Shown here in pieces: positions 30,399 through 40,781 of a DNA stretch of 64,000 bases. The notes beneath the pieces were generated by a model, which was not told the DNA's origin, did not search any database, and saw nothing but the letters and a program-made list of their open reading frames with translations. The first letter of the stretch is position 1, and each line of letters begins with the position of its first letter. The DNA comes from a bacterium. GTDB lineage: Bacteria; UBA8248. Both the position numbers and the translations under genes were made by a program. The stretch lies in NCBI GenBank assembly GCA_965199855.1, contig OZ241326.1:832001-896000 (forward strand), written 5' to 3'.

Positions 30399-31286
30399 AT
30401 GGAATATCTGGACATCGAAAAGGCGCCGAACCTTCGGGAGCCCGCTCTCCTCATGGCCTTCGCGGGCTGGAACGACGCCAGCAACGCCGCCACGACGGCC
30501 GCGAGCTTCATCACCGAGAAAATGGGGGGGCTGGAATTCGCCCGAATCGACTCCGATCCGTTCTACAATTTTCAGGACATGCGGCCCCAGGTCAGCCTCG
30601 ACGAGGGCAACCGCCGGAAAATCACGTGGCCCACGAACGCCTTCTACGCCTGCGAGACGCCCGACCTCGAGCACGACGTGGTCGTGTTCCTGGGCGTGGA
30701 GCCTCATTTGCAGTGGGGCCGCTTCTCCAAAATCGTCCTCTCCATGGTGCGGGAATGCCGGGTTCGCATGGCCGTGACGGTAGGCGCCCTGCTGGCGGAC
30801 GTCTATCACCGGAGCAGGGTGCGGGTCACCGGCACCTCCACGAACCCGGAGCTGGCCGCGAGGCTCGGCCTCAGCCCCTCGCGCTACGAGGGTCCCACCG
30901 GCATCGTCGGCGTGCTGAACAACCTGTTCCGCGACGAGAGCCTGCCCGCCGTCAGCGTCTGGGCGAACGTGCCCCACTACGTGAACGTGTCGCCCAACCC
31001 GAAGGCGGCGCTCGCGCTGGTGGAGCGGCTCAGCGATCTCCTCTCCTATCCCCTCAACCTCTCGGAGCTCGAGGCGGGCGCGCATGAATTCGAGGAGAAG
31101 GTCGATGAGGCGCTCGAAAAGAACAAATCGGTGCAGGACTACGTGAACCAGCTCAGGATCAGGGACGAGGAACAGGACGACGAGGAAATCCGGCCGGGCG
31201 AACTCCCCTCGGGAGACGATCTGGCCAGGGAGCTGGAGCGCTTCCTCAGAAAACAGGGGAGCGGCGGCGCGCCCGAAAGCGACTAG
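30399..31286 (+). CDS. PAC2 (proteasome assembly chaperone) family protein
   Basis: AFAGWNDA, GVEPHLQW, SRYEGPTGIVG, WANVPHY, NPKAALAL, PSGDDLARELERFL. Confidence 0.92.
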   Translation: MEYLDIEKAPNLREPALLMAFAGWNDASNAATTAASFITEKMGGLEFARIDSDPFYNFQDMRPQVSLDEGNRRKITWPTNAFYACETPDLEHDVVVFLGVEPHLQWGRFSKIVLSMVRECRVRMAVTVGALLADVYHRSRVRVTGTSTNPELAARLGLSPSRYEGPTGIVGVLNNLFRDESLPAVSVWANVPHYVNVSPNPKAALALVERLSDLLSYPLNLSELEAGAHEFEEKVDEALEKNKSVQDYVNQLRIRDEEQDDEEIRPGELPSGDDLARELERFLRKQGSGGAPESD

Positions 31287-31981
31287 CCGGACGATTCGCG
31301 CGGCGACCGCAAGCCGCGCGGCGGCGCGCCCGGATCCTTCGGGAAGCCCTCCGGGACGCTCCGGGCGGCGCGGAAGCGATTCGAGAGGAACTCCCTCACC
31401 AGCCGCCCGAGCATCGCCGCGTCCACGGGCTTCGGCAGGCAGTGCGCCGCGCCCAGGGACATGACGCGCTCGCGCGCGTCCCCGTCGGGGCGGCCGCCGA
31501 TGGCCAGGACGAGCGCGTCTCCTCCCCCCTCGCCGCGCCTGATCTGGCGGCACGCCTCGAAGCCGTCCACGCCCGGATGATTCAGATCGAGAATCACCAC
31601 GTCCGGCCGGAGCGCGGCGTAGAGGACGCCCGCGTGAAACCCGTCGCGCGCCACGCGGACGTCGCACCCCGGGCTGTCGCGCAGCAGCGCCTCCCGGAGG
31701 GAGGCGGCAAGGGCGGCGTCCTCGTTCAGGATGAGCGCCCGGGGAGGCCCCGCCCTCTCCGGAAAGGCGTGGGGAACGCCGCGCGACTCCAGAAAGGCGA
31801 GAAGCGCCTCCCTCTCCACCCGTCTGTGCCCCCCGGGCGTCCGGTAGGCGCGCAGTCAGCCCTTGTCTATCCAGTTCTGAATCGTCACGGGCGTGACGTC
31901 GCAGATTCTCGCCGCCTCGAAGGTGGTGAACACGCTTTTGCCGCGCAGCTTCTCGGCGCCGGACAATGGAGCCGCCCTCAT
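31283..31981 (-). pseudogene. Excisionase-like HTH plus receiver-domain regulator with in-frame TGA at 31856-31858
   Basis: Frame reads [38 protein letters not shown], then a receiver domain (VILDL, PGVDG, LPKP). Confidence 0.85.
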
Positions 31982-32250
31982 GTGGTCGAGACGCGAAGGA
32001 GACTCCGCGCGAACGGGAAACGCCCGAAAATTTCACGGGGGGATATGTCGCACATCCCTCCCCGCGTTTCAACCGGGGCGCGCCGCGCGGACCTTCGCCG
32101 CCCCGGGCGCCGCTCCTTGACGCCCGACTTCGCGGCGTTGAACTGCGGGAGCCTCGCCGTATATGCTTGCTCCGCGCGCCGCGGCGGCCTCGCGCGCCGG
32201 CGCGGAAGCGAGAGGAGCCGCCCGCAAAAACCCTCATCGGATGCGCGAGC

Positions 32251-32700
32251 GTGAGAGCAGTCGTTCAGCGCGCGAGCCGCGCGCGCGTCAGGGCGAACGG
32301 GGAGATCATCGGCGAAATCGGGGCCGGGATGCTCGTCTTTCTGGGCGTCGGCCGCGAGGACGCCGAGGAGGACGCCGACTCCCTCGCCGGGAAAATCGCG
32401 AATCTCCGGATATTCCCGGACGCGGAGCGGAAGATGAACCTCTCGCTGCTGGACGCGGGCGGGGAGATGCTCGTCGTCAGCCAGTTCACCCTGCAGGGCG
32501 ACTGCCGGAAGGGAAGGCGGCCGGCCTTCGCCGCCGCCGCCCCGCCGGAGAGGGCGGAGCCGCTCTATGAGCGCTTCATCGCCCGGGTCGAGGAGCGGGG
32601 GGTCCCGGTCGCCAGGGGCCGCTTCGGCGCCATGATGGAGGTGGAAATCGTGAACGACGGCCCCGTCACCCTGCTCCTCGACACGGGCGGCGCGTTCTGA
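32251..32700 (+). CDS. dtd: D-aminoacyl-tRNA deacylase
   Basis: MRAVVQR, LRIF, VSQFTL, KGRRP, NDGPVT. Confidence 0.96.
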   Translation: MRAVVQRASRARVRANGEIIGEIGAGMLVFLGVGREDAEEDADSLAGKIANLRIFPDAERKMNLSLLDAGGEMLVVSQFTLQGDCRKGRRPAFAAAAPPERAEPLYERFIARVEERGVPVARGRFGAMMEVEIVNDGPVTLLLDTGGAF

Positions 32701-33713
32701 TGCGGCCCGCGGACGCCGCGCTCCTCAAGGAGAAGCTCGACGCGCTCGCGCGGACGTATGACAAATCCTACCTCGCCACCGACCCGCTCGGCGTCGCGCA
32801 CGCCTATGAGGACGCGGCAGACCGCGAGGCCGCGGCGTTCATAAGCGCCGCCCTGGCCTTCGGCGGCGCCGCGGCCATCCGCCGGAGCGCGAGGCGCGTC
32901 CTGGAGCGGCTGGGGCCCCGCCCGGCGGCCGCGCTGCGCCGCCTCTCCCCCCGAAAGAGCGCGCGCCTCTTCGAGGGCGTTCGCCACAGATGGGTGGGCC
33001 CCGAGGCGCTGGGGCTCCTCGCCCTCGCGCTGGGCGCCGCGCTCAAAAGCGAGGGGTCGCTCGAAGCCCTGTTCCTTCGCGGCTACCGCCCGGAGGCGGA
33101 GACGCTGCAAGGGGCGCTCAAGGCCTTCCGGGACGCCCTGTTCGGCGCGCTTCCGGCGAGGGTCTCGAATCCGGCCGTCGAGCGCGGGGCGCGCTACCTG
33201 CTGCCCGATCCGGCGGGCGGGGGCGCGTGCAAGCGGCTCCACCTGTTCCTGCGCTGGATGATACGGCCCGCCGACGGCCTGGACCTGGGGCTCTGGAAAG
33301 CGCCCGGAACGCACCAGCTCGTCATCCCCCTCGACACGCACGTCGCGCGCATCGGGCGGCTTCTGGGACTCACGGACAGGAAAACGCCGGACATGAGAAT
33401 GGCGCTCGAAATCACCCGGAGCCTCAGACGCATCGACCCCGCCGATCCCGTGCGCTACGATTTCGCCATCTCGCGCATGGGCATCCTCAGGCATTGCCCG
33501 AGCAGGAGAGACGTCAGGCTCTGCGCGGGCTGTCCCCTTCAGGACGCCTGCCGCTACTGGCGGCGCCTGCCGGGGCGAAGAAAGGAAGCCGCGAGGCGCG
33601 CCGCGCGCGGGCGTGAGCGGTTGCGGGCGGAACGAACCCTTCGAGATACTCCGAAACCCACGCCGATTCGGGAGGCGGGCGCTTGCCGACGAACATCAAA
33701 CGCATCGCGCTGA
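32700..33713 (+). CDS. TIGR02757/DUF2400 family protein (HhH-GPD related) with C-terminal Cys cluster
   Basis: CKRLHLFLRWM, DLGLW, PLDTHV, DPVRYDFA, HC..CAGCPLQDAC. Confidence 0.88.
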   Translation: MRPADAALLKEKLDALARTYDKSYLATDPLGVAHAYEDAADREAAAFISAALAFGGAAAIRRSARRVLERLGPRPAAALRRLSPRKSARLFEGVRHRWVGPEALGLLALALGAALKSEGSLEALFLRGYRPEAETLQGALKAFRDALFGALPARVSNPAVERGARYLLPDPAGGGACKRLHLFLRWMIRPADGLDLGLWKAPGTHQLVIPLDTHVARIGRLLGLTDRKTPDMRMALEITRSLRRIDPADPVRYDFAISRMGILRHCPSRRDVRLCAGCPLQDACRYWRRLPGRRKEAARRAARGRERLRAERTLRDTPKPTPIREAGACRRTSNASR

Positions 33714-34585
33714 CCGCGCGGCCCGAGGCGCAGAGGAGCCCGCTCGACTTCGCCGCCCTCGCCGCTTGGCTGAGGGAGCGGGGCTTCGAGGCGCGGCTCG
33801 ACGCGGACACCGCGAAAATGGCGGGCGAGAAGACGGGCGCGCCGCGCGAGGAGGTCGTCCGCGAAGCCGACCTCGTCATCGTCTTCGGCGGGGACGGCTC
33901 CATGCTGCGCGCCGCCCACGGCGTCGAGGGGGATTCTCCCCTCCTGCTCGGCATCAACACCGGCCACCTGGGGTTTCTCGCCGACGTGCCGCAGGCCGAC
34001 CTCTATCCCGCGCTCGAGAGAATCCTGATCGAGGGGGAATTCTCCATCGAGTCGCGGATGCGGCTCACGGCCTCGGCGCGCAAGAGCGGGGAGGCGCAGA
34101 AGCTCGCCGATTCGCTGAACGACGTCGTCCTCACCACCGGCCCCCTCGCGCGCATGGTGGAATACCGCATCGACATGGAGGGCCGCCACCTGGGCTACTT
34201 CCGCGCGGACGGCCTCATCGTCGCCACGCCCACGGGATCCACCGCCTACTCCCTCTCGGCGGGCGGGCCGCTCGTGCTGCCGGACATGAACGTGACGCTC
34301 ATCAACCCGATATGCCCGCACACGCTCAGCAACCGGCCCATCGTCGCGCCGGCGGAGGCGGCCATCGAAATCACCATCTTCCCGGACACCGAGGCGCAGG
34401 GGCGCGAAGTGCTCCTCACGCTGGACGGCTTTCCCGGCTGCGAGCTCGAGGCCGGCGATTCGGTGCGAATCCGCAAGAGCCGCTCGCCCGCGCGAATCAT
34501 CCGCCCGAAGGGCGCGGACTTCTTCGGGACCCTGCGGGAGAAGCTGCTCTGGGAGACGCATCCGCGCGGCGGGCGGAGGGGCTGA
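33683..34585 (+). CDS. nadK: NAD kinase
   Basis: GGDGS, GHLGFL, LND, DGLIVATPTGSTAYSLSAGGP. Confidence 0.96.
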   Translation: MPTNIKRIALTARPEAQRSPLDFAALAAWLRERGFEARLDADTAKMAGEKTGAPREEVVREADLVIVFGGDGSMLRAAHGVEGDSPLLLGINTGHLGFLADVPQADLYPALERILIEGEFSIESRMRLTASARKSGEAQKLADSLNDVVLTTGPLARMVEYRIDMEGRHLGYFRADGLIVATPTGSTAYSLSAGGPLVLPDMNVTLINPICPHTLSNRPIVAPAEAAIEITIFPDTEAQGREVLLTLDGFPGCELEAGDSVRIRKSRSPARIIRPKGADFFGTLREKLLWETHPRGGRRG

Positions 34586-34592
34586 GTCCGCC

Positions 34593-36305
34593 ATGCTCCG
34601 CCTGCTGAGAATCACGAACCTCGCCATCATCGACGACCTGGAGATCGCCTTCGGCCCCGGCCTCAACGTCCTCACGGGCGAGACGGGGGCGGGAAAATCC
34701 ATCATCTTCGACGCCCTGAACCTCACCCTCGGCGCGCGGGCGAGGGGCGACCTCGTTCGCGCCGAAACCCGGGAGGCCGTCGTCGAGTCCGCATTCGCGC
34801 TTCCGCGGACGCCGGGCGGCCTCGCGGCGCGCGCCCTGCTGGAGGAGGCGGGCGTGGAGGTCGAGGAGGAAGAGCTCATCGCGCGGCGGCGGGTCGCGGC
34901 GGCGGGCGGAAGCCGCATCTACCTGAACGGCGCGCTGGGAACGGCCTCGCTGCTCTCCGCCGTGGGCGAGCGCCTCGTGAACATCCACGGCCAGCACGCC
35001 CACCAGAGCCTCCTTCGTCCCGCCGGCCACCTGGGGCTGCTGGACGACTTCGCGGGAACGACGGCGCGAAGGGACGCCCTGGGGGGGCTTTTGCGAAAAC
35101 TCCGCGCGGCCCAGGAGGCGCTCGGCGCGCACCGAGAGGGCGTCAGGGAGCGCGCCCGGCGGGAGGACCTGCTCCGCTTCCAGGTCGAGGAGCTGGAAAA
35201 CGCCGCTCTGCGCGCGGGCGAACTCGCGGAGATCGAGGCGGAACTGCCGAGGCTCCGGAACGCGGAGCGCCTGGAGAGCGGCGCGGCCTCCCTGTATGCG
35301 CGGCTCTACGAGGCGGAAGGGGCCATCGTCGAGAAAACGGGCGAGCTACGCCGGGAGCTCGAGGGCATGAGCGGCCTGGATGAATCCCTGCGCCCGCTGC
35401 TGGAGGAGGCCGCCTCCGCCCAGGCGCAGCTGGAAAGCCTCGCCGACGCGCTCCGCGACTACGCGGCGGGAATCGCGCGCGACCCCGGCCGCCTGGAGGC
35501 GCTCGAGGCGAGGCGCGCCCTCATCCGCGAGATGTTTCGCAAATACGGGAGCGACGAGGCGCAATGCCTCGCCTTTCTCGAGGCCTGCCGCGAGCAGCTC
35601 GCGGCGATCGCGGACGAGACGGGAGCCGAGGCGCGGCTCGCCGGGGAGCGCGACGCGCTGAGGGCGCAAGTCGCGGAAGCCGCCCTCGCCCTCTCGGAGA
35701 AGCGGGGGCGCGCCTCGCGGAAGCTCGACTCAGGGATGGAGAAGGGGCTGGGCGAGCTCGGGCTTTCGGGGGCGAAATTCCGGACCCTGCTGTCGCGTCA
35801 GGAGGACGCGGCGGGCTTCGTTCAGGCGGACGGCCTGCGCGTGGCGGTTCGCGCCGACGGAATCGACCGCGCCGAGTTCCACTTCTCGCCCAACCCCGGC
35901 GAACCCCCGCGCCCTCTGAGCCGCGTCGCCTCGGGCGGCGAGCTCTCGCGGCTGATGCTCGCCCTCGAATCCGTCCTGCGGCGCGCCGACCTCATCCCCA
36001 CCCTGATCTTCGACGAGGTGGACGCAGGCATCGGTGGGGCGGTGGCCGAGGTGGTGGGGCGGAAGCTCAAGGGGGTGTCGGAGAGCCACCAGGTCATCGT
36101 CGTCACCCACCTGCCGCAGGTCGCCAGCCTGGGGGATCGCCATTTCCGCATCGAGAAGCGGGTCGCCGGGGGGCGCACCCTCACGAAAATCAAACTCCTC
36201 GAAGGCGAGGACAGGGTGGAGGAGATCGCCCGCATGGGAACGGGGCTTTCCATCACCGACGCCGCCCGCGAACACGCGCGCGAGATGCTCGGCAGCGCGG
36301 GGTGA
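34593..36305 (+). CDS. recN: DNA repair protein RecN
   Basis: TGETGAGKS, IHGQH, ASGGELSR, FDEVDAGIGG, VTHLPQVA. Confidence 0.97.
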   Translation: MLRLLRITNLAIIDDLEIAFGPGLNVLTGETGAGKSIIFDALNLTLGARARGDLVRAETREAVVESAFALPRTPGGLAARALLEEAGVEVEEEELIARRRVAAAGGSRIYLNGALGTASLLSAVGERLVNIHGQHAHQSLLRPAGHLGLLDDFAGTTARRDALGGLLRKLRAAQEALGAHREGVRERARREDLLRFQVEELENAALRAGELAEIEAELPRLRNAERLESGAASLYARLYEAEGAIVEKTGELRRELEGMSGLDESLRPLLEEAASAQAQLESLADALRDYAAGIARDPGRLEALEARRALIREMFRKYGSDEAQCLAFLEACREQLAAIADETGAEARLAGERDALRAQVAEAALALSEKRGRASRKLDSGMEKGLGELGLSGAKFRTLLSRQEDAAGFVQADGLRVAVRADGIDRAEFHFSPNPGEPPRPLSRVASGGELSRLMLALESVLRRADLIPTLIFDEVDAGIGGAVAEVVGRKLKGVSESHQVIVVTHLPQVASLGDRHFRIEKRVAGGRTLTKIKLLEGEDRVEEIARMGTGLSITDAAREHAREMLGSAG

Positions 36306-36344
36306 TGCCCAAGGGACGCCCGCCGTCTGGCGGAACGCCGTTTT

Positions 36345-37116
36345 CGCAGGTTCTCCGTAGGGGCGGTTCGGGAACCGCCCGCCGCGTCGGTTGCGTCTCC
36401 GACGGCGCAGGGACGGGTCGCGCAACCCGTCCCTACAAACCCCCTCGCCGCAACGATGGAGAACCCCGAAACCGCAAAGGACAGCCACAGGGGGCTGTCC
36501 CTACGAAACATGAGCCGCCATGCGCGCAACGGGGCGCATGAATGCGCCCCCTACGGTGGGCAAACACTGAAAAACGCGCCGAGAGCGCCATCGCTTGCAA
36601 CTCGTTTTCACGGGAAATCTGTGGTAAAGATCAGCAGACCAACTGGAGAAAAAACGATGAGCCGCGCCGTGACCGAGAACATGGCGACCAAGGCCGATCT
36701 CAAAGCCGAGCTCTCGGCCCTTGAGCAACGAATCACCATCCGGCTGGGCGGGCTCATCGTGGCTGGCGTCGGCTTCCTCGCCGCCCTCATCAAGCTGTTC
36801 TGACGGCCGCCGGGAGAAGCCCCCGCGCCCTTCCCTACCGACGGTCTGTATTCCTTCTCCGTAGGGGACGCATATATGCGTCCCGCCGGGAAGCCTCGTC
36901 ATTCCGGCGGAAGCCGGAATCCAGAAAGGCGAGCGACCTCCGCAGGTTTTCCGTAGGGGCGGTTCGGGAACCGCTCGCCGCGTCGGTTGCGTCTCCGACG
37001 GCGCAGGGACAGGTCGCGCAACCCGTCCCTGCGAACCCCCTCGCCGCAACGATGGAGAACCCCGAAACCGCAAAGGACAACCACAGGGGGCTGTCCCTGC
37101 GAAACATGAACCGCCA
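36345..37116 (+). repeat. REP cluster 2 with a 176-bp direct repeat (36345-36520 and 36941-37116)
   Basis: Two near-identical blocks made of GTAG palindromes; extra units at 36861-36884 and 36898-36922. Confidence 0.9.
36657..36803 (+). CDS. Short DUF1640/CCDC90-like coiled-coil plus TM peptide (possible remnant)
   Basis: MATKADLKAELSALEQRITIRLGGLIVAGVGFLAALIKLF; GGAGA RBS. Confidence 0.65.
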   Translation: MSRAVTENMATKADLKAELSALEQRITIRLGGLIVAGVGFLAALIKLF

Positions 37117-37218
37117 ATCCGCGCGGGGGCGCATGGTGGACAAGCCGCCTTGTTCGGCGCGCATGAGTGCGCCCCCTGCGGGCGGGCGGCGCGTGAAAAA
37201 GCGCGGCGGGGGCGGGCG

Positions 37219-38358
37219 TCAGCCCTCAAGCAGCCTCAACTGCGATCCGAATTTCACGCCCGCGACCTCGCAGGCGGTTTGGATGTATTGCCGCTTTAGG
37301 GCTGTATTGTTGTTGGTCGCCAGCCACCAGCCGTTCCCCAGGTTGCGTGATGCGTTCTGCGCCAATTCTGGATTGGCATAGAGATCGTTGCGGTTGCGAG
37401 CTACCAATCGGCGCTTTGGAGCGCCATCCGCCGTTTTCTGCTTCCCCTCTACTTGAGGCGCGAAGCGCGCCATGAATTCTGAATCCCTGTCCGCAAACGC
37501 TTTCAGTATTCCAGTGAGTGCTTCTATGGCAGTTTTGGTATCGAAGCGTTCGCTATCAAGGATGAAGCCGCGGATTTTGGATTTCCCATCGTCCTGTGGC
37601 GGCGGCTCAGATCGGGGCCGCTTCTCCGCCTTGCCAGCCGAAGTTTCTGACGCGGGAAGGGGTGGCTTTTGAGTCTGTGTAACGCCGCTATCGGCGAGTT
37701 CCTTCAAAAACCTCTCCACGTCGTCTGCTTCCGGCCTGGTTCCACACGCGCTCGCCACTTCTTCGGCGAGCAGGTCTCGAAGCATTTCATCCGGGCCTTC
37801 CAGCAGTTTTCGCCAGATGCCCTGAATGGCCTTGCGCGCCTTTGCTCGCTCCTTGGCACTCTCGTGCCGCCGCTCCGCCTCTTGGCGGGCTTTCCCCGAA
37901 ACGACCCGATCTTTCCCAAAATGCTTTCCGAAAAACTCCACGTATTCGGGCATCCTCTCCTCGCGCTTTAACTCCGCCCGATAGAAACGCCGCTCGGCGG
38001 GGTCGCCTTCCGCCATGCTGAGATAGAAATCCCAGAGATTGCCGTCCGTCAGGATGAGAAAAGGAACTCCCCGGTTGACGGCGTACCCGAACACCTGCTC
38101 CTCCCCGGCAATATCCACGCGGCCGAGTGCCTTGGCTTCGATGAAAACTAAAGGACTGCCGCCATCCCGAAGCAGGGCGTAGTCCACCCGACCCGCGTCG
38201 ACGGAAAATTCCACCCTGACCTCGGCAGGGTCTGTGTCATCCCAGTCCAGAGCACTCAGAATCGGATCGATGACGGACTTCTTCACCTGCGCCTCGTTCT
38301 CCAGCGCGCCGGAGCGGATGTGCCCGACCGCCTTTTTCAGGGCTTCTTCGAGGCTCAT
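37219..38358 (-). CDS. HsdR_N-type PD-(D/E)XK endonuclease with SeqA-like C-terminal domain
   Basis: NEAQVK..IDPIL..LDW, RVDYAL, FIEAK, LTDG..W; C-terminal WWLATNNNT. Confidence 0.82.
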   Translation of the reverse strand: MSLEEALKKAVGHIRSGALENEAQVKKSVIDPILSALDWDDTDPAEVRVEFSVDAGRVDYALLRDGGSPLVFIEAKALGRVDIAGEEQVFGYAVNRGVPFLILTDGNLWDFYLSMAEGDPAERRFYRAELKREERMPEYVEFFGKHFGKDRVVSGKARQEAERRHESAKERAKARKAIQGIWRKLLEGPDEMLRDLLAEEVASACGTRPEADDVERFLKELADSGVTQTQKPPLPASETSAGKAEKRPRSEPPPQDDGKSKIRGFILDSERFDTKTAIEALTGILKAFADRDSEFMARFAPQVEGKQKTADGAPKRRLVARNRNDLYANPELAQNASRNLGNGWWLATNNNTALKRQYIQTACEVAGVKFGSQLRLLEG

Positions 38359-38495
38359 TTTTTCAAAAATTCCTCTCCTTCGGACCTCAAAGGCGCGGGC
38401 GGCTCTTGAAAACCCTCTCCGCGTGAATCATGGACATGGCGGAGGCCGCATGGTCGCATACAGGCGACACGCCCGCAAGTTGGAGCCATTATGAA

Positions 38496-38704
38496 GCAGG
38501 GACAGGTCGCGCGACCTGTCCCTGCGATTCAAACCGCCACGCGGGGCGCATATATGCGTCCCCTACGAACAACCCCGGAAGCCCGACATTCCTTGCGGAG
38601 CCCGCCCCTTCATCTCCTCCCGCGGGGACAACCACGGGGGGTTGTCCCTACGAACCATGAGCCGCCAAGCCACGCCCGGGGCGCGCATATATGCGCCCCC
38701 TATA
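38496..38704. repeat. REP palindrome cluster 3
   Basis: Perfect palindrome GCAGGGACAGGTCGCGCGACCTGTCCCTGC (38496-38525); GCATATATGC units ending CCCTAC; GGGACAACCAC..GTTGTCCCTAC. Confidence 0.85.
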
Positions 38705-38727
38705 AGCGGCCCGCGCGCTCCCTCCCC

Positions 38728-40683
38728 CTACTCGTCCTGATACTGCTGGAGACTCTGGAGGACGGAGATGTCCTCGAGCGTGGTGGTGTCGCCGATTCTC
38801 TCCGCGCCCGAGGCGATGTCGCGCAGGAGGCGGCGCATGATCTTCCCGCTCCTCGTCTTGGGCAGGGCGTCGGTGAAGCGCATGTAGTCGGGCCGGGCGA
38901 TGGCGCCGATCTCCTTGACGACCCACTCCTTGAGCTTCTTCTCCAGCGCCTCGTCCTTCCTGTTCGCCCCCTTCATGGTGACGAAGGCGGCGATGCACTC
39001 GCCCTTGATCTCGTGCGGGATGCCCACGCAGGCAGCCTCGGCGACGGCGGGGTTCGCCACCAGCGCGCTCTCCACCTCCATGGTGCCCAGGCGATGGCCG
39101 GAGATGTTGATGACGTCGTCCACCCGGCCCATGATCCACACGTAGCCGTCCTTGTCGCGGCGCGCGCCGTCGCCCGTGAAGTAGTAGCCCTTCACGTCGC
39201 TCCAGTATTGCTCGCGGTAGCGCGCGTCGTCGCCCCAGATGGTGCGCAGCATGGAGGGCCAGGGCCTGCGGATGACGAGCAGGCCGCCGCCCTCGGGCCC
39301 CACGCTCCGCCCCTCCTTCGTCACCACGTCCGGCGCTACGCCGAAGAACGGAAGGGTGGCGGTGCCGGGCTTGGTGGGCGTGGCACCGGGCAGGGGGGTG
39401 ATCATGATGGAGCCCGTCTCGGTCTGCCACCAGGTGTCCACGATGGGGCAGCGCTTCCCGCCGATGACGGCGTGATACCACATCCAGGCCTCGGGGTTGA
39501 TGGGCTCGCCCACCGTCCCCAGAAGCCGCAGGGAGGAGAGGTCGCGCTTCTTCGGGTGCTCGTCGCCCCACTTCATGAAGGCGCGGATGGCGGTGGGGGC
39601 GGTGTAGAAGATGTTGACCCGGTATTTCTCCACGACGTCCCAGAAGCGGCCCGGGTCCGGGTGGTTGGGCGCGCCCTCGTACATGACGGAGGAGGCGCCG
39701 TTCAGCAGGGGCCCATAGACGATGTAGCTGTGCCCCGTCACCCAGCCGATGTCCGCCGTGCACCAGTAGGTGTCCTCGTCCTTCAGGTCGAAGACGTATT
39801 TCGAGGTGAGGCCGGCGCCGCACATGTAGCCGCCCGTGGTGTGCATGATGCCCTTGGGCTTTCCCGTCGTGCCGCTCGTGTAGAGGATGTAGAGGGGATG
39901 CTCCGAGTCGAGCTTCGCCGCGGGGCAGACGGGCGAGGCGTCCGCCATGAGGTCGTGATACCAGTGGTCGCGCCCGCGCTTCATCGTCACCTTGTTGCCC
40001 GCGCGGCGCAGGACGATCATCTTCTTCACCGACTTCGCGCCCTTCACCGCCTCGTCCGCGTTCTTCTTGAGCGGCACCACGCCGCCGCGCCGGAAGCCGC
40101 CGTCCGCCGTGAGGACGGCCTTGGCGCGGCAGTCGTCGATGCGGTCCCTGAGCGAGTTCGCGCTGAAGCCGGCGAACACCACGCTGTGCGGGGCGCCGAT
40201 GCGCGCGCAGGCGAGCATGGCGACCGCCGCCTCCGGCGTCTGCGGCATGTAGATGATGACGCGATCGCCCCTGCGGATGCCCACGCTCTTCATCGCGTTG
40301 GCGAACTTGCACACCTCGCGGTGGAGCTCCTGGTAGGTGAGAATCCGCGAGTCGCCCGGCTCCCCCTCCCAGATGATGGCCGCCTTGTTCTTGCGCCAGG
40401 TGGAGAGGTGGCGATCCAGGCAGTTGTAGGAGACGTTCGTCCGCCCGCCCACGAACCATTTGGCGTGCGGCGCCTTCCACTCCAGCACCTTCCTCCACCT
40501 GTCGAACCAGTGAAACTCGTTCGCCACCCGCGCCCAGAAGCGGGCGGGCTTTTTGATGGATTCCTCATACATTTCCCGGTACTGGGCCATGGATTTGACG
40601 TGGGCGCGCCTGGCGAATTCCGCGCTCGGCCTGAAGACCCGCTTCTCCTGGAGCAAGGTGTCGAACTGCTTGGCGTCGGCCAT
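38728..40683 (-). CDS. acs: Acetyl-CoA synthetase
   Basis: [37 protein letters not shown]. Confidence 0.98.
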   Translation of the reverse strand: MADAKQFDTLLQEKRVFRPSAEFARRAHVKSMAQYREMYEESIKKPARFWARVANEFHWFDRWRKVLEWKAPHAKWFVGGRTNVSYNCLDRHLSTWRKNKAAIIWEGEPGDSRILTYQELHREVCKFANAMKSVGIRRGDRVIIYMPQTPEAAVAMLACARIGAPHSVVFAGFSANSLRDRIDDCRAKAVLTADGGFRRGGVVPLKKNADEAVKGAKSVKKMIVLRRAGNKVTMKRGRDHWYHDLMADASPVCPAAKLDSEHPLYILYTSGTTGKPKGIMHTTGGYMCGAGLTSKYVFDLKDEDTYWCTADIGWVTGHSYIVYGPLLNGASSVMYEGAPNHPDPGRFWDVVEKYRVNIFYTAPTAIRAFMKWGDEHPKKRDLSSLRLLGTVGEPINPEAWMWYHAVIGGKRCPIVDTWWQTETGSIMITPLPGATPTKPGTATLPFFGVAPDVVTKEGRSVGPEGGGLLVIRRPWPSMLRTIWGDDARYREQYWSDVKGYYFTGDGARRDKDGYVWIMGRVDDVINISGHRLGTMEVESALVANPAVAEAACVGIPHEIKGECIAAFVTMKGANRKDEALEKKLKEWVVKEIGAIARPDYMRFTDALPKTRSGKIMRRLLRDIASGAERIGDTTTLEDISVLQSLQQYQDE

Positions 40684-40781
40684 GGGATCACTCCTCCGGT
40701 TCGGTCGCGTGGAACGATTCGGTTGGCGAATTTGCGCTTATTATTCAGCATCCGGGGGGATTTCTCAAACGGAGGGGGCGA

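Noticed and set aside
36345-38704. CRISPR array
   Set aside because: Repeats are heterogeneous palindromes without constant length or regular unique spacers; no cas genes
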